Positions 8,978 to 22,810 are shown, counted from the first letter of the stretch. The stretch: DNA of 64,000 nucleotides from an uncultured Methanomicrobiales archaeon (GCA_963697895.1 OY969100.1:64001-128000); one strand, 5' to 3'. Program-made: numbers and translations. The notes: generated by a model not told the origin, from the letters alone.

Positions 8978-9486
8978 CAATAAATACCTGCGATCTCTGG
9001 TTCCGGTATGGAGGAGCGGACCGTTCGGATCCTGTTCCCGTGTCTGCCCACCTGTCTGGCTGATATTCCCGTTTTTGCCATTTAACGGGTCGGCGCATAG
9101 GGATCATCCCGAAGACATTCCTTTCCGGAGTATATACCGTCGGGCGGGGAAGGGTCAGGGGAGGTATCAGCTCTCCTCCTGCCTGGAGGAAAGGATGCAT
9201 CTTCCTGGTGCGGTATGGATCAGAATACGCGTATTAACCAGCTGGTATAAATTCTGGGCGGGAACTACCTGATCAAGGAACGGCCTATCTCTGGGATCGG
9301 GCGAACCTCTTATCCGGAAGACCAGGAACCTGGGGCTCTTTCCGATCCAGCGGGGATATATCCCGCTATGGTCACGCGGGGAAAGCCGGTCGGGGAGATC
9401 AGCCCGAAGTGCCCTCCCGGCAAAGGTATCGACCGAAATACGCCGATCTATGGGTCAGCGAATTTTTCCACCCGTTGCGAGAGCCT

Positions 9487-10608
9487 ATGATTGCCATCAT
9501 CCTTGGTACACGCCCGGAGATCATCAAGATGTCACCGATCATCCGGGAATGCGAGCGGACGCATCGCGACTATTTCATCCTCCACACCGGCCAGCACTAC
9601 TCGTACGAGCTCGACAGGCTCAACTTCGACGAGCTCGAACTGCCCCACCCGAAGTACAACCTGGACGTCGAATCCGGGACCCACGCGTTCCAGACCGGCG
9701 CGATGCTGATCGGGACCGAGGTCTTCCTCTCGGAGGAGAAGCCCGACGTCGTCCTCGTCCAGGGAGACACGAACACCGCCCTCGCCGGGGCGCTCGCCGC
9801 AGCCAAGCTCCGGATCCCGGTCGGCCACGTGGAGGCCGGCCTCCGGAGCTTTGAGCCGAAGGTGCCCGAAGAGATCAACCGGGTGGTCGTCGACCACGTC
9901 TCCGACTACCTCTTCGCCCCGACCGCGATGGCATGCGCCAACCTCGAAAATGAAGGCATCCCGGTGGACCGGATCCGGCTCACCGGGAACACGATCGTCG
10001 ACGCCGTCCGCGAGAACCTGGCGATCGCGCAGAGACGGCCGAGTTTCCTCGCGACCCTCGGGCTCATCCCGCAGGAGTACATCCTCGCGACGGCCCACCG
10101 GGAGGAGAACGTCGACAACCCCGCCCGTCTCGCCGGGATCATCAGGGGTCTCCAGCTGATCGGGAAGAACGCCGACCTGCCGGTCATATCGCCGGTCCAT
10201 CCCCGGACCGCGAGGATCATCGCGGAGTCCCGGATCGACACGGACGGGATCACGCTGATCAAGCCGGTCGGCTTCCTGGAGTTTTTGCAGCTCGAGTCGC
10301 AGGCCCGCCTCGTCCTCACCGACTCGGGCGGCGTCCAGGAGGAGGCCTGCATCCTCGGCGTCCCCTGCGTCACGTTCCGGGAGCGGACCGAGCGGCCCGA
10401 GACGGTCCTCGCCGGCGCGAACGTGGTCGTCGGGACGAACCCCCAGGACATCTTTTACGGGGCGTACATGATGATGGACGCAAAGCCCGGGTGGGAACAG
10501 CCGTTCGGGGACGGGCATGCCGCAAGGAGGATCGTAAAGATCTGCGGGAACGTGAGGTACAACGACGAGCTGGAACGGGAGTGGGATAAGAGAGCGGGGG
10601 AAGGATAA
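9487..10608 (+). CDS. wecB: UDP-N-acetylglucosamine 2-epimerase (non-hydrolysing), copy 1
   Basis: GTRPEIIK, HTGQHY, VQGDT, HVEAGLRS, TAHREEN, TDSGGVQEE, TERPE. Confidence 0.93.
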   Translation: MIAIILGTRPEIIKMSPIIRECERTHRDYFILHTGQHYSYELDRLNFDELELPHPKYNLDVESGTHAFQTGAMLIGTEVFLSEEKPDVVLVQGDTNTALAGALAAAKLRIPVGHVEAGLRSFEPKVPEEINRVVVDHVSDYLFAPTAMACANLENEGIPVDRIRLTGNTIVDAVRENLAIAQRRPSFLATLGLIPQEYILATAHREENVDNPARLAGIIRGLQLIGKNADLPVISPVHPRTARIIAESRIDTDGITLIKPVGFLEFLQLESQARLVLTDSGGVQEEACILGVPCVTFRERTERPETVLAGANVVVGTNPQDIFYGAYMMMDAKPGWEQPFGDGHAARRIVKICGNVRYNDELEREWDKRAGEG

Positions 10609-10642
10609 GAGGGGAAGATCTCTCGCGAGAGGGTTTTTCCCT

Positions 10643-11263
10643 TCATGAGATCGCGGACCGTGCCCTGAAGAAGAGCGCCAGGACGAGCATCGACCCGGTC
10701 GCGGTGACGATCCAGGGCACCCCGAGGAGCAGGAGCCCTACCGAAAAGGCGGGATAAAAGTACACGAACGATATCAGCGGGGTGACGAGGCCGTTCGCGA
10801 GGAAGAACCAGCGGACCCACCGCTGCACCCCCTGCTTCGCAAACAGGGGGACGGCAAACAGGGTCGACAGCCCCAGCGCTATGTAGCCGAGGGCATCGGC
10901 CGTCCAGAACAGGGAGTGGGGCGTCTGCACGATCGCCGGGTCCGGGGCCGCATACGGGATCACCGCCGTCAACTGGACCACGTAGTTCAGCGACACGTAG
11001 GTGGCATACATCACGGCGAAGAGAACGGCCGCCATGCTCCAGAACCGCTTCTGTTCCGGGGTCACCGAGTGGAGGGCGACCATCGCGAGCAGAAAAGGCG
11101 TGGCGATGAAGAGCGAAAACCCGTAGATGAGGACCTCGTCCCAGGGCGTACCGAGCGTACCGATGATCTGCAGGACCTGGGCGATATCGAATCCGGCCGC
11201 GGCGACAAAGGCGACCAGGGCGAACCAGAAGCCGGCTTTATAGACAGTTTCGTTCATGCACAC
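10643..11263 (-). CDS. Hypothetical multi-pass membrane protein
   Basis: 206-aa ORF with about 6 hydrophobic helices and GC-rich third codon positions. Confidence 0.75.
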   Translation of the reverse strand: MCMNETVYKAGFWFALVAFVAAAGFDIAQVLQIIGTLGTPWDEVLIYGFSLFIATPFLLAMVALHSVTPEQKRFWSMAAVLFAVMYATYVSLNYVVQLTAVIPYAAPDPAIVQTPHSLFWTADALGYIALGLSTLFAVPLFAKQGVQRWVRWFFLANGLVTPLISFVYFYPAFSVGLLLLGVPWIVTATGSMLVLALFFRARSAIS

Positions 11264-11968
11264 TTCCCTCAGCGGATCTCAGACAAATCTTCTGGTTGTC
11301 CACAGCCGTTATAATACTACGGGCAGAGGGGCGGAGTGCCAGGGTGAATGCTCGGGGAAAGAAGGAACAGGAACTGGGATAGCATTTCCCGGACCTGAAA
11401 AATAGGAAAAGAGGGAAGATCCCGTCCAGGCAATATTCCGGTATTCTTTCATGAAAAAAACACGGTCGCATATTCATCGTCCCGGTATCTTTTCATCAGT
11501 ACCACCGGCTCATATTCATCGTCCCGGTGAACGTTCCTGTGAGAAATGTATAAGTGAGGGTGGGGAAGAATACCCTGTTGAAGATGGGTGGCACGCGGGG
11601 AAGGAGGAGCTGCACTCCCGCGTACGAATGGGGACCTCTTCCTGTCGTTGTGTCTGATGCATGCCATACGGGTACTCTCCGGGATAACCGGTGCAATCAA
11701 TACGCCCGGGCAATAACCATCCGGCATCACAGAGGGCATCTTCAGGTCGGCCGAACCGTATCCGGATCGTAATCTTCCGAAAATCTGCGGAAACCGTGCG
11801 GGTCTTGCCTGATCCGTTCGGGGATATCACCCGTGGTATACCCGCGAAAAAAGGCGGCCAGGGAGATCATCCTGAAGAACCCTCCCATAGGGAGGATCCC
11901 GGTTATCGAGTACGCCCATCGAAGGGATCCACCGTGATCCCTGTTAGTTCCATGGGTAGCGATACACT

Positions 11969-13087
11969 ATGATTGCAATCATTCTGGGAACACGCCCGGA
12001 GATCATCAAGATGTCCCCGATCATCCGGGAATGCGAGCGAAAGCATCGCGACTACTTCATCCTCCACACGGGCCAGCACTACTCGTACGACATGGATAAG
12101 ATCTTCTTCGACGAGCTCGAACTTCCCCACCCGAAATACAACCTCGACGTCGGCTCCGGGACCCACGCGGTCCAGACCGGCGCGATCATGGCCGGGACCG
12201 AGAAGGTCCTCGGAGACGAGAAGCCCGATATCGTCCTCGTCCAGGGGGACACGAACACGGTCGTCGCCGGGGCGCTCGCCGCCGCCAAGCTCCACATCAA
12301 GGTCGGGCACGTGGAGGCAGGCCTCCGGTCCTTCGACCGGACGATGCCCGAGGAGATCAACCGGGTCGTCGCCGACCACATTGCCGACTACCTCTTCGCG
12401 CCGACCGAGCTCGCCCGGCAGAACCTCGAGAAGGAAGGGATCCCCGAGAACCAGATCACGGTCACCGGGAACACGATCGTCGACGCCCTCCACGAGAACC
12501 TCACGATCGCCGGGAAGCGGAAGAGCATCCTCCAGGCCCTCGGCCTCAAACCGAAGGAGTACCTCCTCGCGACCGCCCACCGGCAGGAGAACGTCGACGA
12601 CCCCGCGCACCTCGCCGGGATCATCGCGGGCCTCAAGAAGGTACAGAAGTTTTCCGGCATGCCGCTCGTCTACCCGGTCCACCCCCGGGCAGAGAAGAAG
12701 ATCGCGGAGTTCGGCATCGACACCGACGGTCTCACAATGATCAAGCCGGTCGGGTTCCTAGAGTTTTTGCAGCTCGAGTCCCAGGCCCGGCTCGTCCTCA
12801 CCGACTCGGGCGGCGTCCAGGAGGAGACCTGCATCCTCGGCGTCCCCTGCGTCACCCTCCGCGAGAACACCGAGCGGCCCGAGACGGTCCAGGTCCGGGC
12901 AAACGTCCTCGTGGGGACGAACCCCGACGACATCTGCCAGGGGGCCGCCATGATGATGGACGCGGAGCCCGACTGGGAGAACCCGTTTGGCGACGGGTAC
13001 GCGGGAAGGATGATCGTCCAGATCAGCGAGAGTGTGAGGTATAACCGTGGGGCGTGTGGGAAGCGGGTTGGGGAAGAGGGAGGGTGA
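11969..13087 (+). CDS. wecB: UDP-N-acetylglucosamine 2-epimerase (non-hydrolysing), copy 2
   Basis: Same motifs as copy 1; close paralog. Confidence 0.95.
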   Translation: MIAIILGTRPEIIKMSPIIRECERKHRDYFILHTGQHYSYDMDKIFFDELELPHPKYNLDVGSGTHAVQTGAIMAGTEKVLGDEKPDIVLVQGDTNTVVAGALAAAKLHIKVGHVEAGLRSFDRTMPEEINRVVADHIADYLFAPTELARQNLEKEGIPENQITVTGNTIVDALHENLTIAGKRKSILQALGLKPKEYLLATAHRQENVDDPAHLAGIIAGLKKVQKFSGMPLVYPVHPRAEKKIAEFGIDTDGLTMIKPVGFLEFLQLESQARLVLTDSGGVQEETCILGVPCVTLRENTERPETVQVRANVLVGTNPDDICQGAAMMMDAEPDWENPFGDGYAGRMIVQISESVRYNRGACGKRVGEEGG

Positions 13088-13222
13088 TTTTTTTTCCGAA
13101 ATCCGATCACAAGAATCTGACGACGAATTAAAAGGCATTTTTAGTCCGTAATATATTTCGTCTTTCATCATTTATTTACTATATAATCCTCATAATGTCG
13201 AATAGAATTCAGGGGGGCGATT

Positions 13223-14165
13223 CTGAACGAAGTATGTTGTCACCGGAGGGGCAGGGTTTATTGGTTCGCATATATGCGGATCCTGGTCAACCAAGGTCAC
13301 GAAGTAATTATTTTGGACAATCTCTTTTCCGGGAAAGCAATAAACATCGACCAATCCTGAAAAATCCGAAGGTTGTTTTTGCAACAGACACAGTCACTTC
13401 CCCCGAAAGTCTTCAAAAAGCATTTGAAGGAGCTGATGGGGTCTTTCACCAGGCGGCCATTGCCTCAGTACCCCGTTCAGTGAAGAATCCACTTGCAACC
13501 AATGAAGCGAATATCACCGGCACCCTGAATGTATTGATCGCCGCCCGGGACTGTGGGGTGAAGAAAGTCCTCTATGCTTCATCATCCTCGGTCTATGGGG
13601 ACACTCCGACTCTTCCGAAACGGGAGGATATGAAACCTCTGCCCAAGTCACCCGTATGCAATCTCAAAATTGACCGGGGAATATTACTGCCAGGCCTTTT
13701 CTGAACTCTATGGGTTGAAGACGGTATCATTACGTTATTTTAATGTATTCGGTCCCCGTCAGGATCCGTCATCAGAATATGCAGCAGTGATCCCGAAATT
13801 CATCACCCGGATACTCAATAAGGAGCCTCCGATCATCTATGGAGATGGAAAACAAACAAGAGATTTTACCTATGTCAAAGATGTCGTCCAGGCAAATACT
13901 AAATCGATGACCAGCAATGCAGAAGGAATTTTTAATGTTGCATACAACAAACGGATTGATTTACTCGAGTCTTGGCTCCATTATAATGGATGAACTAGGT
14001 TCTCATTTCCCGCCACAATTTGAAGATTCCCGACCGGGAGACGTCAAAGATTCGTTGGCAGATATTACCGCAGCACAGAACGCGTTTGGATATTCCCCTG
14101 ATTATACCGTTCTTAAAGGATTACAGGAGACAATCGCATGGTACGAAAAGACATCACCAAACTGA
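13223..14165 (+). CDS. NAD-dependent nucleotide-sugar epimerase (WbpP/GalE-like), multiple frameshifts
   Basis: [55 protein letters not shown] and [12 protein letters not shown] spread over several frames; start approximate. Confidence 0.85.
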
Positions 14166-15386
14166 CCGTATGCGTCGTGGGCCTCGGTTATGTCGGCCTC
14201 CCCCTTGCGGAAGAATTTTCAAAGCATCTCAAAACAATCGGATACCGGAGAAATCAGGAAGCCGTTAATGAACTCAATAAGTTGAAGAAGGGCAATTTTT
14301 TTGCCACTACGGATTCCAGTCGTATCAGTGAGGCAGATGTCGTCATCATATGCGTCCCGACTCCCGTGACAAAGAACAAGATGCCTGACCTCGGTCCTAT
14401 TCTCGATGCGACATCAACGGTCGGAAAAAATCTCAAGCGAGGTGCGATCGTTGTCGGGGAATCCACCGTATGGCCAGGATTGACCGAGGAGTGATGGTGC
14501 CGATCTTGAGGGGAATCGGGTTGAAATGCGGCAAGGACTTTAAAATCGGTTACTCTCCCGAACGGGTAAATCCTGGCGATGACCTCCATACGATTGACCG
14601 GATCACGAAAATAGTCGTGGGAATGGATGCAGAAACTACGGAAATCCTTGCCGAGGCTCTATGGACTAATCACCAAGGTATTCATCGCAAAAGATATCCG
14701 GACTGCTGAAGGCGGCGAAGGTTATTGAAAATATTCAGCGGGATTTGAATATTGCTCTTTTCAACGAGCTGTCCATAATCTTCAACAGAATGGGGTTGGA
14801 TACGAAAGCAGTGGTTGACGCGGCATCTACAAAGTGGAACTTCATACGGTTTTCCCCTGGCATGGTTGGCGGGCATTGTATCCCGGTCGATCCCTATTAC
14901 CTTGTATACAAGGCCCAGGAACTCGGCTATCACCCGCAGGTCATCCTCGCTGGTCGGGCCATTAATGATTATATGCCTCAGTATATTGCAATGTTAACGG
15001 TAAAAGGATTGAATGAAGCGGGTAAGGTTATCAAGGATTCAAAAGTCCTAATTATGGGCCTTACCTACAAGGAAAATGTTCCAGATACCCGTGAAACACC
15101 TGTAGTTGAAGTGATTAAGTCACTTAAAGAATTTGGAGTAATTGTATATGGGTTTGATCCTCTTCTTTCCAAAGAGGAGGTGGAAAATTTTGGTATAGAG
15201 CCGCTGGAGGGTCTCTATAATGGAATGGATGCACTTATTATTGCCGTTGCCCATGATCAATTTAGGGATATTCCCCTGGAGAGAATCAAAGAATCAATGA
15301 CCATAAATCCCGTGATTGTTGATGTCCGGCGTTTGTATGATCGTATAAAGGCGGTTCAGATGGGAATGCACTATGTGACCTTGTAG
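14138..15386 (+). CDS. Nucleotide-sugar dehydrogenase (WbpO/TviB/WecC-like), frameshifted
   Basis: VVGLGYVGLPLA, ICVPTP, ESTV.PG, YSPERVNPG, GGHCIPVDP, GLTYKENVPD.RE. Confidence 0.88.
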
Positions 15387-15473
15387 ATCTCTAGGTACGT
15401 ATTATAGAGGACCATTCGAGAAGAATAAAAAATTGCTAACTTCATTACTAAAATTTCACAGAGGAATTGTAAA

Positions 15474-16517
<1,044 letters not shown>

Positions 16518-16580
16518 TAGTATCGATGATGGGAATAATACAGATCCTGATTCCAAAGGAAATTATGGGTTCGTGTATCC

Positions 16581-17533
<953 letters not shown>

Positions 17534-17700
17534 GATGAGCGGGGTTGTTCCGTAGTGACCGTGATGAATATTTTATTATCGTACTGGATGTGTGTGCGGC
17601 AGTACGTTTGCGTAAATTCCGAAACTCGAACCGCCGAATTGCAGCTATTTATATGAATAAAGAGGGAATCGAAAAATATGTCCACTATTACACCAATAGG

Positions 17701-18579
17701 ATGAACAGAGAATGACTTTTCCACATCCTCTTCCGATGCCCACCGATAGGAGATACACGGATACCCACGATCAAGATCCGCCCTCCAAAAAAATGGGTCC
17801 CCATCAACTTTTCCGAGCTCTGGCACTATCGTGAACTGCTCTATAGTTTTGTCGCACGGGATGTGAAGATCCGCTATAAGCAGACTGCACTCGGTTTTCT
17901 CTGGGCAATCATCCAGCCACTCTTCTTAATGGTGGTCTTCACCCTGTTTTTCGGCAATCTTGCAAAAATCCCCTCAGAAGGCATCCCCTATCCTCTCTTC
18001 AGTTTTGCCGCCCTCATCCCCTGGACACTCTTTGCGGAAGGGCTCACCCGTTCTACAACGAGCATGGTGAGCAATGCGAATATCATGACAAAAGTCTATT
18101 TCCCCCGGCTCATTATGCCACTATCCGGTATTCTCTCACCACTCGTCGACTTCGCAATTGCCTTTGTCATTCTTATCATCATGATGGCATACTACGGGTT
18201 TGTCCCGACTATTGCAATCGTTCTGCTGCCGGCATTCATCCTCCTCGCAGTTCATGACCTCGCTCGCGGTCGGGCTCTGGCTCTCTGCACTCAACGTCAA
18301 ATACCGTGATTTCCAGTACACAATTCCATTTCTCATCCAGCTCTGGCTCTTTGCGTCTCCGGTTGTGTATCCGGGCAGTATGCTCCTTCCCCAGCAATGG
18401 CAATTTCTCTATGCTCTGAATCCCATGGTCGGTGTGATCGAAGGGTTCCGCTGGGCGCTCCTTGGCACAAATCCCCCGGAGGCGATGATCCTTGTCTCTG
18501 TTGTGTTGTTGTTCTTCTCCTTATCGGAGGCTTGTTTTACTTCAAGAGGATGGAGCAGTACTTTGCGGATGTGGTATGA
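17701..18579 (+). CDS. wzm: ABC-2 polysaccharide exporter permease (Wzm-like), frameshifted
   Basis: ELWHYRELL, RDVKIRYKQT.LG.LWA, KVYFPR, LNPM..VIEGFR, FKRME..FADVV; start approximate. Confidence 0.88.
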
Positions 18580-18614
18580 GATGAGAACACGGTTCTTTTT
18601 ATCTGGTGATCCTG

Positions 18615-19915
18615 ATGTCTGATGATATTGCCATCCGTGTCCGAGGGCTCGGGAAGAAATACACTATCGGTGGACCGCAGGAAAAATACCTCACATTCCG
18701 GGATGCCATCGTCAATTCGGTGAAGGCACCATTCAGGAGGTTGACCCAGAAGGGTGCTGACCAATCCACGAATGAGTTCTGGGCACTCAAAGATGTTTCG
18801 TTCGATGTGCATCAAGGGGAGGTTATCGGAATCATCGGTAGGAATGGTGCGGGGAAGTCGACTCTCCTTAAGATTCTCTCTCAAATTACTACGCCAACCG
18901 AGGGTGAAGTGGATATTTATGGGCGTGTTGGATCGCTTCTTGAGGTAGGGACGGGTTTTCATCCGGAACTGACCGGGCGGGAGAATATTTTTCTTTCCGG
19001 TTCGATTCTCGGGATGAAGAAACGCGAGATTGAGCGAAAAATTTGATGAGATTGTGAAGTTTTCCGAAATTGAGAAATTTATTGATACACCGGTGAAACG
19101 GTATTCGAGCGGGATGTATGTGCGACTTGCGTTTGCGGTGGCGGCACATCTGGATCCGGAGATTCTTGATAGTTGATGAAGTACTTGCGGTTGGAGATGC
19201 AGCATTCCAGAAGAAGTGTCTTGGGAAGATGGGGGATGTGGCAAAAGAGGGAAGAACGTACTTGTTTGTGAGTCATAATATGGCAGCAGTTCAACATTAT
19301 GTAAACGGGTATTATTAATTGATGGAGGCAATTTAATCGATGAAGGTCTACCGAGAACGGTAATTTCTAAATATCTCGGATTAAATATACAAAAAAAATC
19401 CATCCATATAGAAAATATGCTGCGAATTGTTGGGGGTGACAATATTCGAATTACCGATATCGGAATATTAAATGAAAATGGAGAAACCTGCAAGACTTTT
19501 AAGTATAACGATAAAATGATTTTGAGATTTTGTTTTAAAGTGAAGATAAAAAAAATTAATTATTTTGCAATTGAGTGGACAATTATTTCAAACGATGATA
19601 CTAAAGTCATCTATTGCTCGTCAAGTCCTCAAGGACATCTTTTAATCGTTCCTGAAAAAGAATATGGACATGTTGAATGTCATATAACCCACCTTCCGCT
19701 TACTTCAGGAACATATTTTATAAATTGTTTATTATCAATACCTCATCAAGAGCGACTTGACCAAATAGAAAGAAGTGATAGAATTTGAAATTATTTCTTG
19801 TGATATGAATAATACGGGTTTTGATGTTAACAGAAAGCTTGCATATACAACACTTAATACTGAATGGTTAAATTTTCAAAATGCAAGATCATATCTATCA
19901 ACGGACGATCATTAA
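18615..19915 (+). CDS. wzt: ABC exporter ATPase with Wzt C-terminal domain, frameshifted
   Basis: [48 protein letters not shown]; AT-rich C-terminal domain. Confidence 0.88.
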
Positions 19916-19954
19916 GTTAGATTTACATCCAATTAATTAAAGGGGATTATAATT

Positions 19955-20626
19955 ATGATTAAAAAAATATTGCGACATATTGGATATGCTTTGATTAAAT
20001 TTTGTGACAAAAATCAGGTCTGTCCAAACCTACTCGGAGATCGTGATATTGAATGTTCATTTATTGCGGTAAAGATGCCAATAGGTCCGGGTTTTGCCTT
20101 TGATTTTGGCACTGGTGGGAGTAACCTGGGATTAATTGCAGCCCGGAATAATTATTATGTTACTTCCCTAGACCTCAATAAAATCAATTGGCCTTATGTC
20201 CATCCCCATTTGGAATTTATTCAGGGCGATCTTTTAGAAATTCCCCTTCCTGAACAAAAATTTGATTTAATTATCAGTTGTTCGACTATTGAGCATGTTG
20301 GTCTGTCGGGGAGATATAATATATCCTCCAATAAACCAGATGGCGATATTGAAGCGATGGGATATCTAAAAAAATTGATGAAATCAGATGGATGTATGCT
20401 CATTACAATTCCGGTTGGTAAAGATGCGGTTTTTACACCACTTCACAGAGTATATGGGATCGAGCGGTTACCTTCACTTTTCAATGGTTACACAATTGAA
20501 CATGAAGAATTTTGGGTAAAAAACGAACAAAATCAATGGGTTGTGACTGATAAGTCAGATGCTTTGATGAAAGAATCTCAACCACATCTCTATGGTTTGG
20601 GGTGTTTCGTTCTTCGCATTGCTTAA
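19955..20626 (+). CDS. SAM-dependent methyltransferase-fold protein (DUF268-like)
   Basis: DFGTG, FDLIISCSTIEHVGL.GRY, ITIPVG, HRVY. Confidence 0.7.
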   Translation: MIKKILRHIGYALIKFCDKNQVCPNLLGDRDIECSFIAVKMPIGPGFAFDFGTGGSNLGLIAARNNYYVTSLDLNKINWPYVHPHLEFIQGDLLEIPLPEQKFDLIISCSTIEHVGLSGRYNISSNKPDGDIEAMGYLKKLMKSDGCMLITIPVGKDAVFTPLHRVYGIERLPSLFNGYTIEHEEFWVKNEQNQWVVTDKSDALMKESQPHLYGLGCFVLRIA

Positions 20627-20644
20627 AGTATATGGATTGATTAA

Positions 20645-21482
20645 ATGATAACCATTTTTTCCTGTCCAAAACCCTTCAGAGGGCATACCGACATAATCCA
20701 ACGAAACGCAATTATGAGTTGGAGATTGTTGGATCCGTCTATCGAAATCGTTCTTTTTGGGGAGGAGGAAGGGAACCGCAGAAGTTGCACAAATCATGGC
20801 TGCAAAACATATCCCAACTGTTGAAACGACAGAGTATGGAACTCCATTAATAAGCGATATATTCGATCAAATAAATAACGTGGCACGAAATCAGTACCTT
20901 TGCTATGTGAATTCCGACATTATATTTTTAAAAGATTGTTTACTTACATTTTTACAAATACAAGAACGAAGAGAGAAATTTTTGATAGTTGGACAGCGAT
21001 TAGATTTCGAACAAAATACTGGCATAGATTTTTCCGAAGATTGGGAAATTAAGTTTGCAAAACAGGTTAAAAAAAGGGGAATTCTTCATTCAAAGGAAGG
21101 AATTGATTATTTTATTTTTAAAAAAGGAGAAATCAAAGATATGCCCCCATTTATTATTGGAAGACCCGGATGGGATAACTGGATGATCTATCATTGTAGA
21201 ATGAATGATATAGATGTAATCGATGCAACATCGTCAATCACTGCAGTTCACCAGAATCATGATTATCTTCATGTTCCCAGCGGAACTGGGCATTCATATG
21301 ATGGCCCGGAAGCAGATCAAAACCGTTCATTGATAAATAATGATATGATATATACAATCGAAAGTGCGAATTTGTATTTCCGGGAGGGTAAAATATCGCA
21401 TTCGATAAAAAATTGCATTACAAATAAATTTCTTATTTTTTTTAATAAGATGAAAGCCAGATTCAGAAAATGGGTTGATTAA
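20645..21482 (+). CDS. Putative glycosyltransferase (GT-A-like), frameshift near 20760
   Basis: MITIFSCPKPF.G....QRNAI.SW then YVNSDII, GIDYFIF, GRPGWDNW, HQNHDY. Confidence 0.7.
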
Positions 21483-21569
21483 TTAAAGAGTTGTATCAAT
21501 AAAATTGCACATTATCAATCAGACAATTATGTGGTTCTTGCGGACTATCTACCCGCACTTGGATTAATT

Positions 21570-21810
21570 AATATCATTAGACCATGAAGCAGACTGATTG
21601 TGACGTGCAATGGAATATAAAAAAACCGAGAAATCCGTTCATTGATGATAAAGGAATAGCCCGATACAGACTGGTTGATTGTTTGTGATAGTTACAACAC
21701 ACGAAATAGGATCTTATTCAGGGCATTTGGACTAAAGAAGCATCTGAAATTCTTTGACGTTCTATCTACTCCTAAACATGGAAGTTATCTAAAAGAGCCA
21801 AAAAATAAAA
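21570..21810 (+). mobile_element. Highly decayed IS630-family transposase remnant
   Basis: PDTDWLIVCDSYNT (~21660-21700) and TPKHGSYL (21768-21791) resemble the IS630 motifs YPDA..I.LV.DNLNTH and YTPKHGSWLN. Confidence 0.55.
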
Positions 21811-21862
21811 CTTTTTCCTTTCTCTAAAATTTTAAGCATAAGAAGAGCAGAGGATATAAAGG

Positions 21863-22769
21863 ATGAATTTGACTCCAATAATTATTTTCACCTATAACCG
21901 GCCTTGGCATACCCAACAGACTATAACGGCCCTAAAAGAAAATGCACTTGCTACGGGAAGTGAGTTATTTATCTATTCCGATGGGGCAAAAGGTGAAAAT
22001 GAAAGAAGAAAAGTCGAAGATGTGAGAGATTATCTAAAAACCATTAGCGGATTTAAACAAGTAACCATATTTGAGCGAGAAAAGAATTATGGTCTTGCCA
22101 GAAATATCATTGAAGGAGTCACTGAAGTTGTGAATCAATCGGGAAAAGTCATAGTGTTGGAAGATGACATTGTTGTAAATCTCAATTTTCTTACTTTTAT
22201 GAAAACTCTGGATTTTTACGAGAATACAAAAAAAGTCTGGCATATCAGTGCTTGGACATTTCCGTTTAAATCGGATCGTTTGCAGGAAACCTTTCTATGG
22301 CGAGTTATGAATTGTTCAGGAGGATGGGCAACTTCGGCGGATCGCTGGAAGTATTTCGAACGTAATCCGGAAAAACTTATTGAAGAGTTTTCCAAAGAAG
22401 ATATTTATCACTTTAATCTAGAGGGGGCATATGATTTTTGGAACCAGGTACAGCAAAATATTAGACAGAAAGCTATTTACATGGGCTATCTTCTGGTATG
22501 CGACAATTTTCAAAAATGACGGTCTCTGCCTGAACCCGGTGCACTCATTAGTTCAAAATATTGGTCATGATGGGAGTGGATGCCATTGTGCGAAAGGTGT
22601 ATATAAAGAGAGCATGCCACTCAATCACATACCAAATAAGTTTCAAGAAGAATTAGTTGAATGTGAAAGATGTGTAGAACAGATTAAAGTCTATCTTAAT
22701 GGGCAAAAACCTCAGTTATCTTTGCATATTCAGATTGCAAGAATAGTTAAACGATGGATGATCAAATGA
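21863..22769 (+). CDS. Glycosyltransferase family 2, frameshift near 22460
   Basis: IIIFTYNRPWH, SDG, GLARNIIEGV, IVLEDD, then WAIFWYA..P..SLVQNIGHDGSG.H. Confidence 0.85.
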
Positions 22770-22810
22770 AAATTCTCTACGATCACCAGATATTCTCTCT
22801 TCAAAATACG
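22766..22810 (+). pseudogene. Truncated N-terminal stub of a GT4 glycosyltransferase
   Basis: MKILYDHQIFSLQ is a typical GT4 N-terminus; ATGA-coupled to the previous gene; similarity ends after ~14 codons. Confidence 0.6.
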
